From: a virus
Virus record (IMG/VR): IMGVR_UViG_3300035670_000038
Span: 32,001 to 96,000 of that record
Length of the DNA stretch: 64,000 nucleotides
Strand: one strand, 5' to 3'
Shown here: in pieces, positions 1-9,640 of the stretch
Position numbering within the stretch: the stretch's first letter is position 1
Layout of the letters: each line of letters opens with the position of its first letter
Notes under the pieces: model-generated
What the model was told of the DNA's origin: nothing
The model's input: only the letters and a program-made list of their open reading frames with translations
The model's database searches: none
Position numbers and translations under genes: made by a program

Positions 1-2
1 AT

Positions 3-467
3 ATGTATCACGAAATGATTCATTGGAAATTTACAGCACTTGGTTTTGGTAAAGGATGTACACCGGAAGTATTTGATATGTTGCATACTACGGATGAATT
101 TGTATTAAATCCAGTCACCGAACTTCACCATTCTATTGTCAATAGTTATAATGACACTGCTCAATCCGCTGTAGGACATAAAGCATCAGGCCGTCCTATT
201 AGTGCATCTCTTCACGCGTATGGTTCATTCTTAGGTGAAGCAGAAGTTGCACTAAAGTTCGTACAGTACAATCCCCAAAAGTATTACAGTTGGATGGGAT
301 ATGCAAAGAAGTGGGGTAGTAGACTAGATGAATCATTAGAAGCTATTATGAAAGGAACGAAGGCAACCGCAAAAGGTGCCCAACTTCTTCTTGGATTATA
401 TCGATGGACAAAGGATTATCAAGAAGAATATAACGATACAATTAAAACACTATCTAAATTAATGTAA
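3..467 (+). CDS. HExxH-motif protein (alpha-KG/HExxH peptide-modification family-like), probably 5'-truncated by the window edge; paralog of 49149-49985
   Basis: HEMIH motif plus RPISASLHAY; long collinear similarity to the ORF at 49149 (SIVNSY.DTAQ.AVG.K...RP.SASLHAY.SFLG). Confidence 0.65.
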   Translation: MYHEMIHWKFTALGFGKGCTPEVFDMLHTTDEFVLNPVTELHHSIVNSYNDTAQSAVGHKASGRPISASLHAYGSFLGEAEVALKFVQYNPQKYYSWMGYAKKWGSRLDESLEAIMKGTKATAKGAQLLLGLYRWTKDYQEEYNDTIKTLSKLM

Positions 468-1072
468 TGCATTCATTAACAGCATCTCTTCCACAACATT
501 TATATGGTCGTGTTCGTCGTGAGTTTATTACGAACGGAATTGATACGGGAATAGATAATTGCATCATCCACGCAGTGTCGGTCAGACCTGCCCAAGCATT
601 GACATTTTCTGTGTTACTAGAAAATGGTGCGCAATATCGTGGTGTTCCGATTCACGGACTCGTTATTGGACAAGACCCTATTAAAGCTACACCTTACGCA
701 CTAGATTTACATAGTCATCAAGTGTGGGGATGTTTTGGTACTGAATTTAGTATAGTTGATATGACGTTTTCCAAAGGATTAAGTGCGGAATGGATAGACT
801 CAAACGGAACTAAATTTACTGGTCGTGGATTAGGATGGTCTATAGAATTTCACGATGATGGATATTCTAACGCACCACAACAAGATAAGAGTTTTAATAT
901 GTTGGTGTCGAATGAAGGATACTTGGCAGCAATGCCAAACAATCGTGTTCGATGGTGGGAAGATTCTTTTACTAACTGGAAATTACCAATTAAGTTAAAG
1001 GTCAATCACAAAACATATTATGTAGAAAAAATTGGAAATAATCCAGAGGAAACGGCTTTTGTTAAGGAGTAG
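467..1072 (+). CDS. hypothetical phage protein
   Basis: 201-aa ORF coupled to the upstream stop (TAATG). Confidence 0.7.
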   Translation: MHSLTASLPQHLYGRVRREFITNGIDTGIDNCIIHAVSVRPAQALTFSVLLENGAQYRGVPIHGLVIGQDPIKATPYALDLHSHQVWGCFGTEFSIVDMTFSKGLSAEWIDSNGTKFTGRGLGWSIEFHDDGYSNAPQQDKSFNMLVSNEGYLAAMPNNRVRWWEDSFTNWKLPIKLKVNHKTYYVEKIGNNPEETAFVKE

Positions 1073-1075
1073 AAT

Positions 1076-1435
1076 ATGGGAATGTTTGATTATATAAAGT
1101 GCGAAGTCCAACTTCCAGGATATTCATTTATTACAGATGAAGAATTCCAAACAAAATCATTTGATAATTGTATGGACCATTATGTTTTAACTAAAAATGG
1201 TGAATTATATAGAGAAATTTGGGACCACGAATGGGTAGATAATCCAGAGTCACCAATCGGCGGTAGTTTCAAGAAAATAGAAGGTACTTATCGCAGGCAC
1301 TACTTGACAGACTTACACGGAGACATTATATTCTATAGTGATACACTTATAGACGGAAAACGATATGATTACTTCGCAAGGTTTACCGAAGGTAAGTTGT
1401 CACGAATGTGGACTAAGGAGTGGGACAGATGGTAA
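1076..1435 (+). CDS. hypothetical phage protein (MGMFDYI... family)
   Basis: GGAG RBS; MGMFDY start and FQTKS motif typical of small phage proteins. Confidence 0.7.
   Translation: MGMFDYIKCEVQLPGYSFITDEEFQTKSFDNCMDHYVLTKNGELYREIWDHEWVDNPESPIGGSFKKIEGTYRRHYLTDLHGDIIFYSDTLIDGKRYDYFARFTEGKLSRMWTKEWDRW
1304..1332 (+). promoter_or_regulatory. sigma70-like promoter TTGACA-17-TATATT, internal to a CDS
   Basis: ttgaca gacttacacggagacat tatatt; same consensus recurs across the window. Confidence 0.55.
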
Positions 1436-2097
1436 ATGATGAAGTATTTGAACGTATCTTAGAAAACAAAGAAAGGGCATTTGTTCTTACTAACTCCTGT
1501 GTACCAGAGCAAATACTTACGTGGACTGATGTAGAACGTTATCTAAATGATAATTCACACAATACAGAAATTACCATAATTGGTGATAACAAACAAAAGA
1601 AAGATGTATACAGAAGCACAGAAACTAGTGGTACTCCGTCCGAAACTATATTCGGTGAAATAAACAACGGTAGTTCTTTTATATTGAATTATATGGAACG
1701 ACATACAAAAGGTTTATTTTACGCATCAAATATGTGTTCACGTATTCATAATATGTACGTAACAACAAATATATACGGTGGATTAAAAAGTACTTCTAAA
1801 TCATTTTACACACATGCCGATTCACAGTATGTATTGATATTACAATTAGAAGGTGAATCGGATTGGACGGTTTATGGTGAGCAGTGGAATGGAAATCCAG
1901 ACGAAGTAGTATGTACAAATGACAGTATATTAACTGTTGATTTCCGATACACTTTACAATCTGGAGATGTGTGTTATATTCCATATAGACGGTATCACAA
2001 GTGTATACCGTTGAGTAAAAGATTATCGGCAAGTGTAAGTGCAGATTACAACACGGTAAGACCAGTAAATTATGGTGATTGGTTCAGTTTAAATTAA
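1429..2097 (+). CDS. JmjC/cupin-type 2OG-Fe(II) hydroxylase (YcfD/ROX-like)
   Basis: HAD (HxD) motif, VLILQLEG.S.W, LQSGDVCYIP...YH distal His. Confidence 0.75.
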   Translation: MVNDEVFERILENKERAFVLTNSCVPEQILTWTDVERYLNDNSHNTEITIIGDNKQKKDVYRSTETSGTPSETIFGEINNGSSFILNYMERHTKGLFYASNMCSRIHNMYVTTNIYGGLKSTSKSFYTHADSQYVLILQLEGESDWTVYGEQWNGNPDEVVCTNDSILTVDFRYTLQSGDVCYIPYRRYHKCIPLSKRLSASVSADYNTVRPVNYGDWFSLN

Positions 2098-2117
2098 ACA
2101 ACAGAGGTTAAAAGGTT

Positions 2118-2837
2118 ATGGAAAAGTCAAAGTTAGAGCGGTTTATCGCCAAGTACAATCTCGGTGGTTCATGTGAGAGTGTTTTATGGAAGTCCGATGG
2201 TGACGATATCACCGTTAAGTGTATTTCCGATGACAAGAATGTTTTGGGCATCGTGACAGTCAAGGATGCAAAGTTGGATGAAGGTGACTATGGTATCTTT
2301 GATACAAAGCAACTTTCGTCAATGTTGTCTGTTCTTGGTGAAGGTATTGAGATTACGACCAAGAAGAACAATGGTAAGGTTTCCGCTATCCATCTTACCG
2401 ACAGTAATGCAAAGGTTGACTATGTGTTGGCAGATAGTGCGGTCATCCCCGCAGCACCAGATTTGAAGCAACTCCCATCATTCGATATTGAAATCAAACT
2501 TGACCAGAAGGTAATGAATACTTTCTTGAAGGCCAAGGGTGCTCTTTCCGATGTCGAAACCTTCACGGTCATTAGTGATGGTGATAAGGCACAAATCATT
2601 CTTGGTTATTCGGATATGAATACCAATCGTATTACCCTTGATGTCGAAACTTCCAAGAACGGTAAGTTAAACCCCACCAATTTCTCAGCTCGTTATTTGA
2701 AGGAAATCATCGCAGCAAATCGTGAAGCGGCGAGTGGTGTCCTGAAGGTCAGTTCGAAGGGATTGGCGTATGTCAAGTTCGGTGTCACCGACTATAACAC
2801 CGATTATTATCTCGTCCAAATTCAGACTGCTTCATAA
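2118..2837 (+). CDS. DNA polymerase sliding clamp (T4 gp45-like)
   Basis: 239 aa, GIFD...L pattern, beta-rich clamp profile, next to clamp loader. Confidence 0.75.
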   Translation: MEKSKLERFIAKYNLGGSCESVLWKSDGDDITVKCISDDKNVLGIVTVKDAKLDEGDYGIFDTKQLSSMLSVLGEGIEITTKKNNGKVSAIHLTDSNAKVDYVLADSAVIPAAPDLKQLPSFDIEIKLDQKVMNTFLKAKGALSDVETFTVISDGDKAQIILGYSDMNTNRITLDVETSKNGKLNPTNFSARYLKEIIAANREAASGVLKVSSKGLAYVKFGVTDYNTDYYLVQIQTAS

Positions 2838-4273
2838 TGTCATTCTTTGAGTTTGACGATACACCAAAGCAGACAGCACCTAAACCCCCTTCGGCAAAGA
2901 AACCGCCGAAGGGTGGTGTTGTCTTAAATACCGCTGCCACGGATTTCTTTAGTGGTGAAGGGGCATCGTTTGACTTTGATGTAGAAAAGGTGAGATTCAA
3001 AGAGCATATGGATTTACTTAAAAGCCAAACAGTACAAGAAAGTACATTATATAAAAAGTGGAAAGAACTCTCTACAGATTATAATAATACAAAAGATATT
3101 CAAATGGCGCAAATCGTGCAAGCAAAGATTTGGCAGCCTACGGATATAATGAACAAGGATTTGACCATCCAAGAGGTCAGTGCGATTGACCCCGAAATTA
3201 TTATTGTAGAACCAGAAGATACGCAGTATTTTAATGATTGGAAATATATTCGAGTGTTTTGCCACACTATGGAATTTACTGCAAATGTTGGTCGGTTGAT
3301 TCGTGTATTGATTCGTGACCGTTCATCTGGAAAATATGTTGGAGCAGCATCACTTGGCTCCGATGTAGCATCAATCAATGTCAGAGACAACTGGATTGGC
3401 TGGTCAAGAGAAAATAAATTTGAACAGGGTTTGTTAAACTCTACTGCAATTTGTACAACTATAATTCCTACACAACCATTCGGATATAATTTTTTGGGTG
3501 GTAAGATGATTGCATCGTTACTTACCACAAAAGTCATCCGTGATGAATGGAAAAGAAAATTTGGTGATACTTTGGTTGGTGTTACTACAACATCACTTTA
3601 TGGTTCGCATAGTATGTACCAACGTATTCCATTTTGGAAGGAACTTGGGGTCACTGCAGGAAAGATTTCACTCAAACCAGATGACGATGTGTTTGAGAAA
3701 TGGGCAAATTATTTAAAAGTAAATCATTCCGAAGCGTTTGATAAATGCACAATTCCATACTTTGGTGATATTACACAAGATGGTGAAATGTGGGTATGCA
3801 CAGATGGCACTACAAAGATAACAGCATCATCACGTGACGAGTTAGTTTCTATACTAGAAAACGATAACTATTCTGTACATACCACTGGTGAAGTTTATGA
3901 TAAGAAGTGTAGATGCGGATCACCACCAACAGGTCCAAAACTACAGCAGATGTTACTTTTATATAAAATATTAGGTATCAAATCTAGTGATTACGAACAC
4001 GGATTCCAGCGTGGTGTCTATTTCGCACCACTTTATGAAAATACTCGTGAATATCTCCGTGGAGAAATCGGTGACGATAAACTAAAATTGTCAAGCCGAT
4101 TGACAAATGATGTGGAGAGTGTTATGTTATGGTGGAAGGAAAAAGCACTGAATCGGTATAATAACTTATTGGAAAGTGGAAGAATCAATCCTAATATTCT
4201 TTATTATCGTAAGATGGTGCAAATGACTTGGGATGAAGCCAAGAACACTTACTTGGGTGAGGTTGGACGATGA
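2837..4273 (+). CDS. DUF4338/Druantia DruA-like protein
   Basis: GRLIRVLIRD..SGKYVG, R..WIGW, PTQPFGYNFLGGKMIA, TTTSLYG..SMY motifs. Confidence 0.65.
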   Translation: MSFFEFDDTPKQTAPKPPSAKKPPKGGVVLNTAATDFFSGEGASFDFDVEKVRFKEHMDLLKSQTVQESTLYKKWKELSTDYNNTKDIQMAQIVQAKIWQPTDIMNKDLTIQEVSAIDPEIIIVEPEDTQYFNDWKYIRVFCHTMEFTANVGRLIRVLIRDRSSGKYVGAASLGSDVASINVRDNWIGWSRENKFEQGLLNSTAICTTIIPTQPFGYNFLGGKMIASLLTTKVIRDEWKRKFGDTLVGVTTTSLYGSHSMYQRIPFWKELGVTAGKISLKPDDDVFEKWANYLKVNHSEAFDKCTIPYFGDITQDGEMWVCTDGTTKITASSRDELVSILENDNYSVHTTGEVYDKKCRCGSPPTGPKLQQMLLLYKILGIKSSDYEHGFQRGVYFAPLYENTREYLRGEIGDDKLKLSSRLTNDVESVMLWWKEKALNRYNNLLESGRINPNILYYRKMVQMTWDEAKNTYLGEVGR

Positions 4274-5184
4274 CCGAAAATACACTCTGGGTCGAAAAAT
4301 ATAGACCAGACACATTAGAAAACTATATTGGTAATGATAATCTCAAAGCCAAGTTAGAGCAGTTTATCAAGAACCAAGACATTCCACATCTCTTGTTCTG
4401 TGGTACTGCGGGTACTGGTAAGACCACCGCTGCGAAGATATTGGTGAAGAACATCGAATGTGATTATCTTTTCATCAACGCATCCGACGAAAACTCTGTG
4501 GATACAATCAGAACAAAGATTAAGAACTTCGCAGCCACGATGAGTTTTAAACCGATGAAGATTATTGTTCTTGACGAGGCGGACTTCATTACTCCACAGG
4601 CACAGGCAGCACTTCGTAATCTAATGGAAGTGTTCAGTAAGAATACTCGTTTCATCTTGACTTGTAATTATGTGGAACGGATTATTGACCCACTTATCAG
4701 TCGGTCACAAGTGTTTAAACTCACTCCACCGTCCAAGAAGGAAGTGGCGGTGCATGTGATGAAGATTTTAGATACGGAAAATGTCTCCTACGAGAAGGGA
4801 ACCTTAGCAGCATTGGTCACCTCATATTATCCAGACATCCGTAGAATTCTAAACAACTCGCAACTCCAAGTGATTGACGGAAAGTTGCAGATTAATGTAG
4901 ACGAGATTATCGCTGGTGATTACAAGTTGCAAGTACTAGATGTATTGGCAAGTAATCTTCCACTAAAGGATAAGGTCAATGGTGTGAGACAGATTGTAGC
5001 AGATAGTAATGTAAAAGATTTTACAGAGTTATACAGAGTATTGTTCGACAAGGTGCAAGAGTATGCACCAACCAAAGTCCCCCAGAGTATCTTGGCAATC
5101 GCTGAGGGGCAATATCGGGATAGCTTCGTAGTTGATAAAGAGATTAATTTCGTAGCTACATTATATAACATTTTGAATAGTTGA
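4270..5184 (+). CDS. clamp loader large subunit (gp44/RFC-like AAA+)
   Basis: WVEKYRP, GTAGTGKTT Walker A, LDEAD Walker B, AQAALRN. Confidence 0.95.
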   Translation: MTENTLWVEKYRPDTLENYIGNDNLKAKLEQFIKNQDIPHLLFCGTAGTGKTTAAKILVKNIECDYLFINASDENSVDTIRTKIKNFAATMSFKPMKIIVLDEADFITPQAQAALRNLMEVFSKNTRFILTCNYVERIIDPLISRSQVFKLTPPSKKEVAVHVMKILDTENVSYEKGTLAALVTSYYPDIRRILNNSQLQVIDGKLQINVDEIIAGDYKLQVLDVLASNLPLKDKVNGVRQIVADSNVKDFTELYRVLFDKVQEYAPTKVPQSILAIAEGQYRDSFVVDKEINFVATLYNILNS

Positions 5185-5191
5185 GGAAGTT

Positions 5192-5497
5192 ATGGCACGA
5201 GACAAGTTTGGTGGTCCACCTCCGATGGCTCCGCAGATGAACGTAGATTTATCAAAGGCAGAGGATGTGGTATGTGAGAAGTGTGGAAACTATACCTTTG
5301 AGCAGGTAATGTTGATGAAGCGTATCTCCGCACTAGTATCTCCAACGGGAAAGGAAGCAATCGTTCCTATTCCAACCTTCGCATGTAATGCGTGTGGTTT
5401 CATCAATAAGCAATTCCTTCCAGTTCTTCCAAAGGGTCGGGAAGAGGAGCAGGTTGAAGAAGCACCAAGAAAGCCAATTTTAACCCTGGAGAAGTAA
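5192..5497 (+). CDS. zinc-ribbon hypothetical protein
   Basis: CEKC...CNAC. Confidence 0.7.
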   Translation: MARDKFGGPPPMAPQMNVDLSKAEDVVCEKCGNYTFEQVMLMKRISALVSPTGKEAIVPIPTFACNACGFINKQFLPVLPKGREEEQVEEAPRKPILTLEK

Positions 5498-5498
5498 T

Positions 5499-6068
5499 AT
5501 GGCAAATACACCATCACCTATGATGCCCCCTGCCACGGTTAATATGCGTGACGCTGGGATTTACTACCTCTGTGATGAGTTTAACACGAATGTCGCAAAG
5601 GATGTGGTGTCATGGATTATCGAAGCCAACTTAAACAAGACAAAGAAGTTTGACCACCTTACGTTGATGATTACCAGTTATGGTGGTGACCTCAGCGCAG
5701 CTTTTTCAATCATTGACGTTATGCGGGGAAGTAAGATTCCTGTACACACCGTTGGATTGGGATGTATCGCTTCGGCTGGATTGTTGACCTTTATCTCTGG
5801 TGCAAAGAAGAATCGTGTTATTACTCCTAACACCAGCATCTTGTCTCACCAGTGGTCGTGGGGTCAAGTTGGTAAGGAACATGAACTTATCGCTACGATG
5901 CGTGAATTCGAACTTACGACAATTCGTATGATTAATCATTACAAGAAGTGCACGGGATTGCCTGATAAGATGATTCGTGAACGACTTCTCCCACCGCAGG
6001 ATGTATGGCTTTCACCGCAGGAAGCACTGAAGTATAAGCTCTGTGACGCGGTGAGAGATATTAAGTGA
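5499..6068 (+). CDS. clpP: ClpP-family serine protease
   Basis: ITSYGG, GCIASAG (catalytic Ser), LSHQ (His), WLSPQEALKY.L.D. Confidence 0.85.
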   Translation: MANTPSPMMPPATVNMRDAGIYYLCDEFNTNVAKDVVSWIIEANLNKTKKFDHLTLMITSYGGDLSAAFSIIDVMRGSKIPVHTVGLGCIASAGLLTFISGAKKNRVITPNTSILSHQWSWGQVGKEHELIATMREFELTTIRMINHYKKCTGLPDKMIRERLLPPQDVWLSPQEALKYKLCDAVRDIK

Positions 6069-6074
6069 GGTTAT

Positions 6075-6902
6075 ATGGAAGAACAGTTCGTTGATAAGTC
6101 CCGTGTCTCAGTCCGTGAAATCAGTAAGGCTGTGGCACGGGATTTTATCGAAAAACATCATTACACACATAAGTTCAGTTCCACACGATATGCCCTTGGG
6201 GTTTTTTATCGTGAGGAAACTGAGCATATGTTCTTTGCTGGTGACAACGAACAGTTAATCGGTTGTATGACCTATGGGCATCCTGTGAGTAATAGAACCG
6301 TAGATAGTATTGTGGATGATTTGGAATTGGACGAAGTGTTAGAATTAACCCGATTGGTGTGTTTAGATGGATATGGAAAGAATCTGGAAAGTTTTGTAAT
6401 TGCTCAGTCCTTTGATTGGATGAAGAAGAATGACCCAAAGGTAAAAGTCTTGGTCAGTTACGCAGACCCCGAACAAGCACATACGGGTGGTATCTATAGA
6501 GCAACCAATTGGATATATCAAGGCTGTGGATATTCCAAATTGATGCCAGATTTTAGTCTTAGACTCAACGAAGAAGATTTGTGGATACATTCACGAACTG
6601 TTGGAGCCAAGTTTGGAAATAAAAATGTAGAAAACTTGGCAAAAACAATCGGTCATACCTTCTGGAGAAAAGAAGAAACCGCGAAGCATCGGTATATTTA
6701 TTTTCTCTGTAATAAGAAAGAAAAGAAACGAATGATGAAGAATTTGAAAATTCCAGTTATTCCTTATAATGATATCAAAGAGTATGTCCAACTCATTCAG
6801 AAGGTACATGTGAAGGATGGAGTAATTGAGAAAATTGAAGTATTACAAGGTGTGGACAATGGATGGAAACCGCAAAAGGTAGAATTACAGGAGAAAATAT
6901 GA
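6075..6902 (+). CDS. Mom-like GNAT-fold DNA adenine modification protein
   Basis: ELTRLV, LESFVIAQS, VLVSYADPEQAHTGGIYRATNWIYQG. Confidence 0.7.
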   Translation: MEEQFVDKSRVSVREISKAVARDFIEKHHYTHKFSSTRYALGVFYREETEHMFFAGDNEQLIGCMTYGHPVSNRTVDSIVDDLELDEVLELTRLVCLDGYGKNLESFVIAQSFDWMKKNDPKVKVLVSYADPEQAHTGGIYRATNWIYQGCGYSKLMPDFSLRLNEEDLWIHSRTVGAKFGNKNVENLAKTIGHTFWRKEETAKHRYIYFLCNKKEKKRMMKNLKIPVIPYNDIKEYVQLIQKVHVKDGVIEKIEVLQGVDNGWKPQKVELQEKI

Positions 6903-7675
6903 AAGTGATAGTTGTATCAACACCACGAACGTGTTCTAGTTATCTTTGTAACATTTTTGCAAAACGATTTGATTTGATAGATTATTCTGAATTATTTTCT
7001 GAGATGTGGGTAAAAGCTGACGTTAATACAAAAATGAAATTGGTTACACGGAGTGATAATTACACCGCAAAGATTACTAGTACGTCACTTACTACGTATC
7101 CACATGTATTTGATTACCAGACATTTCCTTGGGAAATATTTGACTATATCATTGTAACAGAACGATTGGATATTACCGCTCAAGCCGCTAGTTGGTTATT
7201 ATTGTCACACGCACAAATGAATGGTAAGGGTGACCAAAGATTATTGGTAGAGTATTTGGTAGATGGTATGCAGCATCCAGAAGATTTCCCAGAAGTTGAT
7301 AAAGGACTACTCCTAGGAATATTAAAAACAATTAATTACTTTTATGATTATATAAAGCCACATCTATTGAATTCTGGATTGAAATCTGTTAAGTTAGTAA
7401 ACCACGAAATGTTTCAGCAACAACCAGAAGAGTATATAGAAGAATTAAGAAACAAAACAGATATCTATTGGCGTATTGAAAATTTGGTTGATCAAGGTAA
7501 TCCTACTTATGTAGATTACACACCATATATTGAAACAAAGAATCTACGTCAAATTATAGAAGAGATGCAAAATGAGTTGAAGGGAATTCCTACACAAACA
7601 GAGGTATCAGATGCCCCCACGGAAGAAGCAAACAACGACAGACCAGATTCAACAGAAAACGAAGGGACTGTTTGA
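6899..7675 (+). CDS. sulfotransferase-like protein
   Basis: N-terminal STPRTCSSYL resembles the 5'-PSB loop; ER.D...QAASW resembles the 3'-PB motif. Confidence 0.5.
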   Translation: MKVIVVSTPRTCSSYLCNIFAKRFDLIDYSELFSEMWVKADVNTKMKLVTRSDNYTAKITSTSLTTYPHVFDYQTFPWEIFDYIIVTERLDITAQAASWLLLSHAQMNGKGDQRLLVEYLVDGMQHPEDFPEVDKGLLLGILKTINYFYDYIKPHLLNSGLKSVKLVNHEMFQQQPEEYIEELRNKTDIYWRIENLVDQGNPTYVDYTPYIETKNLRQIIEEMQNELKGIPTQTEVSDAPTEEANNDRPDSTENEGTV

Positions 7676-8087
7676 CCACATAGACGCAATTTATACGAAC
7701 CAGAAGCCAGATTACTATACTTCGTTATCTGATGGTGATAAGAAGTCATATAACAACTATATGGTCAATAAGTTTTTGAGTATGAATCCTCACCAACTTC
7801 CTTTTGTGAACGAAGTACAAAAATATACACTTACTCCAGAACTTCATTACGCATTCTTTAGTCGAGTGATTCCAAAGGGTAAACAGTTTAACAAATATAT
7901 CAAATCGAAGAAGGAGAGTTCATATGAAACGTGGTTGGTTGGATTGGTTGGGGAACATTATAACGTTAGCTCAGCAGAAGCTACAGACTACCTCGACATC
8001 TTCTATAAGCACAACAAAGCAGGATTGCGAACGTTGTGCCAAATGTACGGAAAAACAGAGAAAGAAATAAAGAAAGCAAAACTATGA
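7611..8087 (+). CDS. clamp loader small subunit (T4 gp62-like)
   Basis: FDHIDAI, YNNYMVNKFLS, HYAFF...IPKGKQFNKYIK. Confidence 0.75.
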   Translation: MPPRKKQTTTDQIQQKTKGLFDHIDAIYTNQKPDYYTSLSDGDKKSYNNYMVNKFLSMNPHQLPFVNEVQKYTLTPELHYAFFSRVIPKGKQFNKYIKSKKESSYETWLVGLVGEHYNVSSAEATDYLDIFYKHNKAGLRTLCQMYGKTEKEIKKAKL

Positions 8088-8590
8088 TACAGGATTTGGT
8101 TACTATGGTAAAATTAAGTTGGGCAGAATATTTCAGACAAATCGCACATACTATTAAACTCAAATCAAAAGATAAGAGTACACAGATTGGTGCAGTTATT
8201 GTCGGTTCCAATAATGAAATCCGTTCGACGGGATACAATTCATTTCCTCGTGGGATTGAAGATTTCCACGATAAACGGCAGGAACGTCCAGAGAAGTATT
8301 ATTGGATGGAACATGCTGAACGTAACGCAATTATTAATGCAGCACGTATTGGTGTCTCCACGAATAACTGCACTATGTACATGACTTCCGACATTCCGTG
8401 TGTGGATTGCACTCGTGCGATTATCAACGCAGGTATCAAGATTATCTATTGTGAAAAAGATGGTGGAACCAAGGCAGAGCATTGGGAAGGACACAGAGAA
8501 CGTAGTATCCAGATGTTGAAGGAAGCGCATCGAACAGTTTGGTACTATGGTGAATCAAAACCTTTTATTGATATTGGTGAAATACGATGA
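8084..8590 (+). CDS. dCMP deaminase
   Basis: TQIGAVIV, TGYN, HAERNAI, PCVDC. Confidence 0.92.
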   Translation: MIQDLVTMVKLSWAEYFRQIAHTIKLKSKDKSTQIGAVIVGSNNEIRSTGYNSFPRGIEDFHDKRQERPEKYYWMEHAERNAIINAARIGVSTNNCTMYMTSDIPCVDCTRAIINAGIKIIYCEKDGGTKAEHWEGHRERSIQMLKEAHRTVWYYGESKPFIDIGEIR

Positions 8591-8805
8591 CGAATGGTAA
8601 AGGTGATACTCCACGCCCACTGAGTGTGGATACTGAAACATATAAGAATAATTGGGAACAAACATTTGGAAATACCCCAGAAAAGAATCGTGCTAGAATT
8701 TCTGCATCATTACAAGAAGTTAAAGAAGAAATAGATAGACTACGAGAAATCGTGGATAATTGTGAATATAGTGGATTACCACACACTTCATCTTACGAGG
8801 ACTAA
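8587..8805 (+). CDS. hypothetical protein
   Basis: ATGA-coupled ORF; GKGD.PRP motif. Confidence 0.6.
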   Translation: MTNGKGDTPRPLSVDTETYKNNWEQTFGNTPEKNRARISASLQEVKEEIDRLREIVDNCEYSGLPHTSSYED

Positions 8806-9011
8806 TGGCTTTATATAACGCAAAACAAAAAGGAACCACGGAGTCTGGAAGTTGGTACTCCATTCTCCAAGATGGTCCTGCATCGTTTCACATAAGTGTG
8901 GGGAAAGGTGATAATGTAGTATATGATTATTTTCTAAACCCTCCTAATATACAACATTTAATGGATAATATAGTATTATTGGAGAAAGAATTAGAGCAAA
9001 TGACCCCTTGA
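8805..9011 (+). CDS. hypothetical protein
   Basis: TAATG-coupled ORF. Confidence 0.55.
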   Translation: MALYNAKQKGTTESGSWYSILQDGPASFHISVGKGDNVVYDYFLNPPNIQHLMDNIVLLEKELEQMTP

Positions 9012-9036
9012 TTTTTGAGGGGTTTTTTGTTATATT
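9003..9036 (+). terminator. intrinsic terminator overlapping a TTGATT-17-TATATT promoter
   Basis: accccttga-ttt-ttgaggggt followed by a T-tract; -35 at 9008-9013, -10 at 9031-9036. Confidence 0.6.
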
Positions 9037-9063
9037 TCTACTGTATCTATCTGTGAGGAATTT

Positions 9064-9429
9064 ATGACCGATGTAAATTACAAAGGATATACAAGAGAGA
9101 TGGGGCTAAATAGTGTCGGGAAGGGATGGGCACATTTGGTCAATCGTGTCTTTGATAAGTTGGATACTATCAAAGGGTCTATCAAGATTGTGCAGGTCAA
9201 GGAGAAATACGCAGGACTCCGTATCTATACAGATTACAGTAATAAAGAACTTGACAAGTTAATCTACGATGTAGAGAACGAGAGTCTAAGGACTTGTGAA
9301 GAATGTGGTAAGCCAGGCAAGGTTCGTGGGAAGGGATGGTATTATACATCGTGCGACATTCATTCCAAGAACGGGGACACTCCACACAAATACCAACCAG
9401 GAGATAAAAATGCCAAAGAAAAAAACTAA
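9064..9429 (+). CDS. hypothetical phage protein with Zn finger
   Basis: GKGW, QVKEKYAGLRIY, CEECGKPG, C..H. Confidence 0.75.
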   Translation: MTDVNYKGYTREMGLNSVGKGWAHLVNRVFDKLDTIKGSIKIVQVKEKYAGLRIYTDYSNKELDKLIYDVENESLRTCEECGKPGKVRGKGWYYTSCDIHSKNGDTPHKYQPGDKNAKEKN

Positions 9430-9640
9430 CACTACAAAAGAACTCAAACTGAACTTTACGGGTAAGGCTACCTTCTTGGTTGAGCTGGAAGATTTCGGTC
9501 CAATTGAATATCGTATTGATGATAGGGAAGTGGTGGTTGAAATCTTTAAGGTGTTAATTGAGAAGATGGGACCGACTACACCTGTTAATAGCTACGACAA
9601 GAAAACACAAAAGAAACTTGAAACTTTACTGGATTTCTAA
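9410..9640 (+). CDS. hypothetical protein
   Basis: GGAG RBS before ATG 9410; coupled to the next gene. Confidence 0.6.
   Translation: MPKKKTNTTKELKLNFTGKATFLVELEDFGPIEYRIDDREVVVEIFKVLIEKMGPTTPVNSYDKKTQKKLETLLDF

Noticed and set aside
2837-4273. Complete Druantia defence system
   Set aside because: No DruE helicase or other dru genes are present; the gene sits in a phage replication operon.
9003-9030. Hairpin at the TGA of 8805-9011 as a SECIS
   Set aside because: The stem includes the stop codon and is followed by a T-tract, which fits a terminator overlapping a promoter. Readthrough gives only a few codons before another TGA.
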